Of a DNA stretch of 64,000 nucleotides, positions 55,443-62,287 are shown in pieces. The first letter of the stretch is position 1. Each line of letters starts with the position of its first letter. The translations under genes were made by a program, and so were the position numbers. This DNA is from a virus (lineage: Duplodnaviria; Caudoviricetes). A model generated the notes under the pieces. That model made no database searches and was not told the origin of the DNA. It saw nothing but the letters and a program-made list of their open reading frames with translations. Where the stretch lies: IMG/VR virus record IMGVR_UViG_3300013126_000027, positions 2,030 through 66,029 of that record, one strand, 5' to 3'.

Positions 55443-55615
55443 GCCACGCAGACAATAATGATCGCTCCACAGAAAAGGGCAATCATTCACGGGATACGCA
55501 CAAGAAGCAACTGAAGCACCATCGGAATCTGAACGACAGCATTTCTCGTTTGGAGAACATAGATGACGATGATTTCTTCTACGAGACAAAGGAGAAGTTC
55601 CACCGTGGTCGTTGA
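55439..55615 (+). CDS. Small hypothetical protein (58 aa, below ORF-track cutoff)
   Basis: ATGA overlap with the upstream stop; MSHADNNDRS...DDDDFFYETKEKFHRGR. Confidence 0.55.
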   Translation: MSHADNNDRSTEKGNHSRDTHKKQLKHHRNLNDSISRLENIDDDDFFYETKEKFHRGR

Positions 55616-55799
55616 TCCAAGAACAAAGCCTTTGCATGACGATGAAGATGATCTTGAGGGGGATGTCCATGAGGAGATTCCCTACGAGACAGAACGCCGC
55701 ATACGCACATGGGGACACATGCCAGAGGGATTGTATTGCCCTGACAGCCCACGGTGGCAACGAAGGGAACGCAATCAGTTCTGGAGCAGGGTGCTGTAA
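55605..55799 (+). CDS. Small hypothetical protein
   Basis: GTG start after AAGGAG. Its 3' end overlaps the convergent resolvase gene by 25 nt. Confidence 0.45.
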   Translation: MVVDPRTKPLHDDEDDLEGDVHEEIPYETERRIRTWGHMPEGLYCPDSPRWQRRERNQFWSRVL

Positions 55800-56350
55800 G
55801 CGTATTTGCAGATGAAATAAGAGTCCACGATATCCGACACGGGACTCGTCACTTTCTTTGAATCGGGGCTGATCTCTTTCATGAGTTCAGCCCCTGTTTC
55901 TTTGACGAAGGCTTCGTACATCTTGTCCTTGTCGGCATTGCCCTTGCCGCTTGCGAACTTCTTGACAACGGTAGGACCGACCAAATGGAAAGCCAATCCG
56001 TGCTTCCAAAGTTTCCATTTCAACAATCCGCAGTTTTCCCCAAGATTGAAAACCTTGCCTCTTGCTCCCAAGGCATAGTCTTCGATGTAGACAAGATCGC
56101 AGTCCTTGACGAGTTCCAATGCCCAATTTGAGATTTTGTCATGGCGATCTTCCTGCCTTCCGAATTCCGGCATCGACCATTCGGGATAATCCCATCCACG
56201 GCAATGAAGACCAGACTCCATGTAGACGGTCGCGTGTTTCAAGGTTTCCGTCAGGTAATGAGACTTGCATTGGGATAGAAAAAAGCCATCACCGCTATGA
56301 ACGGTAATGGCTGGTGAACACAACGAATAATCAATCCCTGCAATCTTCAT
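55775..56350 (-). CDS. RuvC-like Holliday junction resolvase
   Basis: IAGIDYSL.SP, VYIEDY, GE..GLLK, P..VKKFA.GKGNADK..M, DIVDS. Late promoter at 56358-56364. Confidence 0.88.
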   Translation of the reverse strand: MKIAGIDYSLCSPAITVHSGDGFFLSQCKSHYLTETLKHATVYMESGLHCRGWDYPEWSMPEFGRQEDRHDKISNWALELVKDCDLVYIEDYALGARGKVFNLGENCGLLKWKLWKHGLAFHLVGPTVVKKFASGKGNADKDKMYEAFVKETGAELMKEISPDSKKVTSPVSDIVDSYFICKYAYSTLLQN

Positions 56351-56376
56351 GCAGGGGTATTTAGGTCATTGCTTTA

Positions 56377-57909
56377 TTATCTGGGTGAGGGAAAAGAAGC
56401 GTTGTCTTCCGATGATAGGTCTACCAATTCACAAGAACCGGCAGAACAAGCATATGTCTGCATTCCTGTTGTATTGTCTTCCTTCTCGTAGTTAGACAGA
56501 AGGCTCCAATCAATGCCCTTTGGTATCTTGGCTACCATTGCCTCGTATTCCTCCTTGGTGCAGTCCTGATACGGGGCTTGACGATATGATCCCAAATCTT
56601 GAGGTAGGAACGATATGCCAGAGATGCTGTCGATGTGCTTGTAGACCCATGCGCCGACATCAAGCCATTCGGGTTCACGAACGGTGATTGTCACCGATGG
56701 CTTGTGTTCGCACCAGAAGTCCTGATACTTCTTCCAAAGTTCAAGATGCTCAATTGCGGTGAGGTCATTTCGTGTCGGTGAACCCTTCGGAGACTTCATC
56801 GGGAACGAGAAGACCATCGTGTGGTCGGGGCGCATGACGCAAGGCTCTGCGGGGAAGCCTTGGTCGATCATGAACTGACAGATCGGATCCTTTCGATCTG
56901 CACGAACGGTGCGAATGTAATACTCGTTGTGACGGGCATGGATGCCTGAAGCAGCGTCCACCAACTGCGATACCGTGTTGTGAGAAACCCAACCATTAGA
57001 CAACTGATAAGAGTGAGTCCCTTCAACTTCGATGTCTACCATAAATTCGGGAGCGAACTTGTTAATCGACTTGATCGGAGTGTAAGAGTCATCCACCCCG
57101 CCAAACGAAATTATTCCATCATCCACTTTCAATTCACGCATGTGCTTCCATCCGTTTGTTGTCAGAAGTCTGTGTTCCGATGAGAAACGATAGATGTTGC
57201 CATCTTCATCCTCGATTTCAAAGACGGGAGAATAGCCCTTAACATATAGATTGGTTATTCTCTTCTTGTCGTTATTCATGTCAAACACAAACAGATCAAC
57301 AGGTGGTGTTACCCATTCACCATCTTGCAAGGCTGTTGGGTCTTTGCCACACAGTTCGAATATTTCACCGAAGGTCATGATTCCGTCCGTGGTCTTGATC
57401 TTGGTGTCCAATGTGCCACAACCACTCGGTTTTACGCAAGTGATGGCGGCAGCAGGATTGATTCCCAACTTCTTTGCCCACTTTGCGTTGGTTTCGATTG
57501 CCGCTTGCTTCATGTGACCAAGCAGGACTTCTAAGCCGTTCTCACTACGAAGCATGGCATTGTCAAGGATGCCCGTGAGGGACACGCCAAGGAGTGCTTC
57601 CTCCTCGCAGTTCTTCTTCCACTCACTTGAGATGTAGCGGAAGTTCGTGAGAGAGGCTTGCCAAGTTCCAAGGATGGCAGCAAGACGAACCTTGCGAATC
57701 AGGGATTCAGGAGTGTCATCTGCACGGACAACGACCTCTGACAGGTTGCAGAACTCGCGGTCACGAAGGATGATCTCGGAATTGTGTACCAGAATTCCGT
57801 TTGCGAAGAAATTGTGATTCGGGGTTTGTATGTCGTAAGTATCGGTCTTCTCCGTCATCTTGCGAATCGACTTCACTTTGCCGCGAATTGTTGTCTTATT
57901 CTCTTCCAT
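56377..57909 (-). CDS. nrdJ: Class II ribonucleotide reductase, C-terminal half (IntC + extein + cis mini-intein + extein)
   Basis: VHN|SEIILR..EFCNLSEV, LLGVSLTGI, AITCVKPSG|...|TVSQL...SGIH, EHKPSVT, Y.QAPY, terminal redox ACSAGSCE. Confidence 0.93.
   Translation of the reverse strand: MEENKTTIRGKVKSIRKMTEKTDTYDIQTPNHNFFANGILVHNSEIILRDREFCNLSEVVVRADDTPESLIRKVRLAAILGTWQASLTNFRYISSEWKKNCEEEALLGVSLTGILDNAMLRSENGLEVLLGHMKQAAIETNAKWAKKLGINPAAAITCVKPSGCGTLDTKIKTTDGIMTFGEIFELCGKDPTALQDGEWVTPPVDLFVFDMNNDKKRITNLYVKGYSPVFEIEDEDGNIYRFSSEHRLLTTNGWKHMRELKVDDGIISFGGVDDSYTPIKSINKFAPEFMVDIEVEGTHSYQLSNGWVSHNTVSQLVDAASGIHARHNEYYIRTVRADRKDPICQFMIDQGFPAEPCVMRPDHTMVFSFPMKSPKGSPTRNDLTAIEHLELWKKYQDFWCEHKPSVTITVREPEWLDVGAWVYKHIDSISGISFLPQDLGSYRQAPYQDCTKEEYEAMVAKIPKGIDWSLLSNYEKEDNTTGMQTYACSAGSCELVDLSSEDNASFPSPR
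56977..57420 (-). mobile_element. Contiguous mini-intein (148 aa) at KPSG|T of NrdJ
   Basis: Begins with Cys (CGTLDTKI), block B SSEHRLL, ends SHN before Thr. Removal restores the conserved KPSGTVSQL. No endonuclease domain. Confidence 0.92.
57781..57909 (-). mobile_element. Split intein C-fragment (43 aa)
   Basis: MEENKTTIRGKVKSIRK...TYDIQTPNHNFFANGILVHN|S (blocks F/G), with its own ATG and AAGGA RBS. Confidence 0.93.
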
Positions 57910-58637
57910 TCCTTTAGTTCCTTGTGGTAGTGGCTTCCTGACTTTAGGTATGGCTTTATATCTCGGATCAATTCCAAGGTCAAGCCGTGCATCTCACAGA
58001 TTCGTTTTGCTTTCTCTGATCTGTCATCTGCGTTATCGAAGTAGTTTCCCTTGATCTCTATTACCTTGATCAATTTTTCATTCTCATAAATGAAGAAATC
58101 TGGTCTATATGTTTCGTTAGTTCCCTTCAGGGTTTTTACTTCGCTTTGCCAAGATATGTTGTTCTCATCCAACCATTTTGCGTATATGAACTCCAAGCAA
58201 CTTCGCAACCAAATGAGTTCACCATTCTTGTTTCTATACCATCCTTGCAATGACTTTGTTTTAATCGCCGCTCTTTCTGGATACTTTTCAACCCAATTGA
58301 AGAACGGACTCTTCTCTCCCTTTACATTGTCGCTTCGTTTCTTTCTCAAAACATCAGTAACAATAGACATTCCCTTTCTTGTATTGATCTCCAGCCAGTT
58401 GATCAACAATATCCTTGTTTCTGTGTATGACAGACCCAATTCCTTTGATATCGTTTTGAATCCATGTCCTAATTCATAGTATTCGATCAGTTCCTTTTTT
58501 GCATTGGCACAAAGAGGATTTTCCTTTGCCCATTCCAGTCTTTCACTAGGAATCTTTGCCTGGTTGACTGTTCCCTTCCTTTTCTTCAATTCCATTCTCC
58601 ATGTTCTTATTGCTTTGATCGTTTCCTGTGAAAGCAT
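57873..58637 (-). CDS. Free-standing putative homing endonuclease (HTH + NUMOD-like + PD-(D/E)XK) between the split-intein halves
   Basis: ISKELGLS helix-turn-helix, GEKSPFF, RS.LE...A.WLD, YRPDF...IEIKG. Different frame from nrdJ, visibly AT-rich; start MLSQ after AAGGAG. Confidence 0.82.
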   Translation of the reverse strand: MLSQETIKAIRTWRMELKKRKGTVNQAKIPSERLEWAKENPLCANAKKELIEYYELGHGFKTISKELGLSYTETRILLINWLEINTRKGMSIVTDVLRKKRSDNVKGEKSPFFNWVEKYPERAAIKTKSLQGWYRNKNGELIWLRSCLEFIYAKWLDENNISWQSEVKTLKGTNETYRPDFFIYENEKLIKVIEIKGNYFDNADDRSEKAKRICEMHGLTLELIRDIKPYLKSGSHYHKELKEWKRIRQQFAAK

Positions 58638-58989
58638 GTGTTGTCTCTCCTTTGGTGTAAATCCCTGCACCGTATGTATAATCCTTGGAGAAGCAGACAA
58701 CATCATCTTCATTCAGGTTCTCGGCATCAACATAGCCTCGATTTTCGGTCCAAATCCGGTGATCCGGAGTCAGCCTAAGCACAGATGTTTCGCCGTTTTC
58801 GGACTCAAAACAAATCTCAAGCAACTCTGCATCGGGGCGGGTCAAATCTCCAGTCACAATCCTCGTATACTCAAGTTCTTTGGTCTTGTGGTTGTATGTC
58901 AAAACCAAATGACCATCCGTGTTCGTGATTATTTCTGAAATCGAAATTTGTCCCTTGTCAGTTTGCACCAATGTCTTTCCATCAAGACA
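58546..58989 (-). mobile_element. Split intein N-fragment (147 aa including about 45 aa of tail)
   Basis: CLDGKTLV (block A), LTRPDAELLEI, LTPDHRIWTENRGYVDAENL (block B), then a stop with no block F/G. Confidence 0.93.
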
Positions 58990-59973
58990 GCATGGATTCG
59001 TTCCGAAATCGTAGTTTGGGTCGCGGCGGTCTCCCAACTTCGCAACCTGACGCTTGGAGGCATCGCGGTTGAAGATTCCGCGTTCGCCGCTCTTTGACTT
59101 GTAGAGCGAGACCCACTCGTCCATGAATGTCCCGATCTCGGGACGCTCCTGATAGACGGCAGAGTTGTTTGCAAGTGCGCGTTGCGGATCGATCACCCAC
59201 CATTGCCCGACCTTTGCATTACGCATACGCTCATCGTTCAGGTCAGACAGGCTGATGAGTGCAGAACGGCGAACGCCGCCAACGACAACGATCTCCGCGA
59301 TCTTGCAGACGATATCGTGGCATTCGATTGAGGTCAACTTGCGACCCTTCGCCTTGTTGAAGGTGTCGGATGTGAACTTGAAGAGATCGACAAGCGGTTC
59401 CGGTCCAGATGCACGACCGCCGAATGTCTTGAGCCGTGCGCCCTTTGAGCGAACCTTCGACACATCCCACTTCGGCAACTGTCCCGATATCAACAGGCTG
59501 ATGAGTTCCTTGTATGCCTTTGCCCACCCGATCTTGGAATCCTCAACAACGATCACGGTGTCGCTTGGGAAGAACTCCTCCGCGATTGTCGGCAACTTCT
59601 GAACGAAGTGGTTCTCAACGCTGAAGCCTACTCCGGTTCCGCACATGAGGACATAGAGGATTTCGTCAAACGAACGAACACGGTTGACCGCAACGAACGC
59701 ACAGTTGTATCCTGCAACATGGTCGCGCTCAAGTGCAGGACCGGCGGTCATCAATGCCCGCATGGAAGGCATGACCTCAAGGTTGAGAACCGCCTCCTCA
59801 AGTTCCTTGCGCTGCTCCTTCGTGATCTTGTTCCCAAGGTGCTTGTCGAAGAAGTCGAAGTAACGAGAAACGGTCTCTTCCCAGGTCTCCCTGCGGTTCT
59901 CTTCCTCCATCCATCTGCTGTAGCGGGAAAGGTGGATGAAATGCTGATATGGAGTGGGAAGACCGTGACTCAT
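58546..59973 (-). CDS. nrdJ: Class II ribonucleotide reductase, N-terminal half fused to split intein N-fragment
   Basis: SRYSRW...RRETWEE, PSMR, YNCAF, LMCGTGVGFS, LKTFGGRASGP.PL, VVGGVRRSALI, RALANNS, GTNPC|C. Late promoter at 59998-60004. Confidence 0.93.
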   Translation of the reverse strand: MSHGLPTPYQHFIHLSRYSRWMEEENRRETWEETVSRYFDFFDKHLGNKITKEQRKELEEAVLNLEVMPSMRALMTAGPALERDHVAGYNCAFVAVNRVRSFDEILYVLMCGTGVGFSVENHFVQKLPTIAEEFFPSDTVIVVEDSKIGWAKAYKELISLLISGQLPKWDVSKVRSKGARLKTFGGRASGPEPLVDLFKFTSDTFNKAKGRKLTSIECHDIVCKIAEIVVVGGVRRSALISLSDLNDERMRNAKVGQWWVIDPQRALANNSAVYQERPEIGTFMDEWVSLYKSKSGERGIFNRDASKRQVAKLGDRRDPNYDFGTNPCCLDGKTLVQTDKGQISISEIITNTDGHLVLTYNHKTKELEYTRIVTGDLTRPDAELLEICFESENGETSVLRLTPDHRIWTENRGYVDAENLNEDDVVCFSKDYTYGAGIYTKGETTHAFTGNDQSNKNMENGIEEKEGNSQPGKDS

Positions 59974-60054
59974 GTTTTTCTCCTTTGTTGGTGAGGATAT
60001 TTAGAGGGAATGATACCCCGATGTCCCCAAGAAAGCAAGTTTTTTTGCGTCAAA

Positions 60055-60309
60055 TCATCCTTCGGATTCTTCCCATTCGGGAGCCGAAAGTATTTGCAAA
60101 ATCTGCGCCTGCGTGTACGGTCCTTGAGCCGATGAATCAAGATTCTTCACGAAACTTGGAGTCGCATCCGACCACTTGATGATGAATTTGGAACCATCCA
60201 ACGAGTAACGAGTTCCCTGTTCCGTGTTCAGTAATTGGGAAAAGTCAACCAATCCATGATCAGACAGAGGCAATATCATGTAGGAAATAGGCGTGTTGTC
60301 AATGACCAT
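60055..60309 (-). CDS. Small hypothetical protein typically linked to LamG genes
   Basis: Start MVIDN overlaps the upstream stop; VDFSQL..T...T.RYSLDG.KF.IKW...P.F...YT..IL.IL...EW. Confidence 0.65.
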   Translation of the reverse strand: MVIDNTPISYMILPLSDHGLVDFSQLLNTEQGTRYSLDGSKFIIKWSDATPSFVKNLDSSAQGPYTQAQILQILSAPEWEESEG

Positions 60310-61069
60310 ATCTCTTCTTTGATCTTTCGTAATTGAAGTCCATTTCGCTGCCAGTAAGCAAGCGATTGTATATCTTGACGGCACCAATAGAACCGTCAAA
60401 GTATTGTGTTGTGGTTGCCCTTCTTCCTATGTAGAGCGGATTGTTGCTTGTGAATCCAATAGCGGAAGTCAGGATGGACTGACTTGCGGACACTCCTCCT
60501 GGCTTGTATAACTTTGCGGAATATGTCAAACCTTGTCCACTCACGAATTCGAATGTAAAGAATCCATTGACCCATTGCCCGCTTGCACCCGTGACTGTCG
60601 TGGGATTGAGAAGAAGAGCCGTGGTGCTGGTATTCACCGCAGAACCGCGACAATAATATTCACTTGAACTTGATCCTTGTATAATTCCAATTCCAAATCC
60701 AGGATTTGCAGTTGAGGTAGAATTGTTGGCAACCAAGGTTCTTGGTGGTGTAGATGAAAACGAGTTGACATTGAACCATGCGTCCACCGTAAGTACTGTC
60801 GTTGTCTGCAATTCCGATATCGCACTTTGAGTGACCAAGTAGTCTGTCGAACCATCAAGACGAATGTTGCCAGGCGTGGCGGTTGCCCCGAAGACAACCG
60901 AGACATAACCGCCAGGAGTCCCGAAATCCTTCTTCGTTGCGCTCAAGTCGAAGGCAGTACCACCCGTGAATCCATAGTCGTTGCTGAAATTGACATGACT
61001 GACCAAGGACTGCGTGGAGTAATTGCGAAGACCCGCGACAGTACCTATCTTTCCAGAAGGAGTCATCAT
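60299..61069 (-). CDS. LamG/concanavalin-A-like lectin domain virion protein
   Basis: LDGSTDYL, TVDAWF, LYIGRR...YFDG.IG.VKIYNR.LT..E...NY...K.RYG. Confidence 0.82.
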   Translation of the reverse strand: MMTPSGKIGTVAGLRNYSTQSLVSHVNFSNDYGFTGGTAFDLSATKKDFGTPGGYVSVVFGATATPGNIRLDGSTDYLVTQSAISELQTTTVLTVDAWFNVNSFSSTPPRTLVANNSTSTANPGFGIGIIQGSSSSEYYCRGSAVNTSTTALLLNPTTVTGASGQWVNGFFTFEFVSGQGLTYSAKLYKPGGVSASQSILTSAIGFTSNNPLYIGRRATTTQYFDGSIGAVKIYNRLLTGSEMDFNYERSKKRYGH

Positions 61070-62256
61070 ACCGTCAGATTTCCCGAGATGTTGACGATGT
61101 TCGTGGTGTACTCAAGCACGGTTGCGGATGCGTGTTGCCCGAGCAACTTGAATTGATTGCCATAACTCTGCATGGTCAGACCCGATGCAGCCGTAAATCC
61201 AACCTGTCCTGCACCCAACTGAATGACGGTGCAGTTGAACCCCGTGTCAAGACCCGTGGGGATGGTCACGGTTGTCGTTGCTGCATTGTTGAATGTGACG
61301 ATCTTTCCGTTGTCAGTTCCTGTCAGCGTATAGGATGTTCCCGTCTGTGGGTTGATTGCGTTTGATGTGATACGGTAGCCCGTATTAGACGCAACCGTGC
61401 CACCGAATGTGACACCACCCGCAGAACTGATGCCTGCACCAAAGTTTGTCAGGGCATTGAAGGTGTTTGTTCCTGTGAAAGTTTGAGTTCCTGCAAGTCC
61501 TGCAATAGTTGTAGTGTAATTTGGAATTGTTACTGTTGGATTTATTAAACTTCCAACCTCAATATCAGCCTTTAGGCTAATGGAATCTCCATCATTACTA
61601 TTGTAAAACAAAATTTCATGTTGTGCTGGTTTAATTTCTATTGCATGGTAATCTGTAGTGTCAATTACATATAAAGGAGTAGATGCTGGATTCTGAATAA
61701 CAATTGTGCCATTCCCCTGAAAAGTGTTCACAAGTCCATCGAGGTTTATAGTAGAGTATATTCCAGAATTTCCAATACTAACAGTAGATCCAAATGTTGC
61801 ACCAGAAGCACTAATACCAGAACTGAAAGACTGAAGTGCGGTAAAAGTATTTGCAACATTTGTCCTAGCAACATTCGTAATTGCACCAGTTGAACCATTC
61901 ACGCTAGCCACATAGTTGGATGTGAGGCTGACTGCACCGGCAGCAGACACAACGAACTGATTGCCGAATGAAGCGACACCAGTAGCCGATGCTGATGCCA
62001 ACCGAGCATTGATTGTATTCGTGGTTCCCGATTGAGTGAACAGGACTGCTCCTGCACCCGTTACCGTGATCGCTCCCGTGGCACCGTTGACACCCGTAAC
62101 GACCGATCCCGAATCAAGGAATGCGATGTTCGCCGCAGTACCCCCGACATACAGCCTTTTATCGGGTATATTGATGGCCATTTCCCCCGCAGTCAGGGAA
62201 GGGACGCTTGATGCGGTTGTGGAGCGGTATATCTGAATGGTGCTTTCGCGTGGCAT
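61066..62256 (-). CDS. Tail fibre-like protein
   Basis: N-terminal IQI.RS...VP.L..GEMAIN..D.RLY.G anchor; shared ASASATGVASF module; C-terminal QTGTSYTL...D.GK...GF..TVIQ.GAGQV...GNL domain. Late promoter at 62265-62271. Confidence 0.78.
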   Translation of the reverse strand: MPRESTIQIYRSTTASSVPSLTAGEMAINIPDKRLYVGGTAANIAFLDSGSVVTGVNGATGAITVTGAGAVLFTQSGTTNTINARLASASATGVASFGNQFVVSAAGAVSLTSNYVASVNGSTGAITNVARTNVANTFTALQSFSSGISASGATFGSTVSIGNSGIYSTINLDGLVNTFQGNGTIVIQNPASTPLYVIDTTDYHAIEIKPAQHEILFYNSNDGDSISLKADIEVGSLINPTVTIPNYTTTIAGLAGTQTFTGTNTFNALTNFGAGISSAGGVTFGGTVASNTGYRITSNAINPQTGTSYTLTGTDNGKIVTFNNAATTTVTIPTGLDTGFNCTVIQLGAGQVGFTAASGLTMQSYGNQFKLLGQHASATVLEYTTNIVNISGNLTV

Positions 62257-62287
62257 GATATAGGTATTTAGAGGTTCAGTCGCTCAA

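Noticed and set aside
57781-58989. Group I intron, or a frameshifted single intein, within nrdJ
   Set aside because: The insert is almost entirely nuclease coding sequence, leaving no room for a ribozyme core. IntC has its own ATG and RBS, and the nrdJ frame is closed by a stop.
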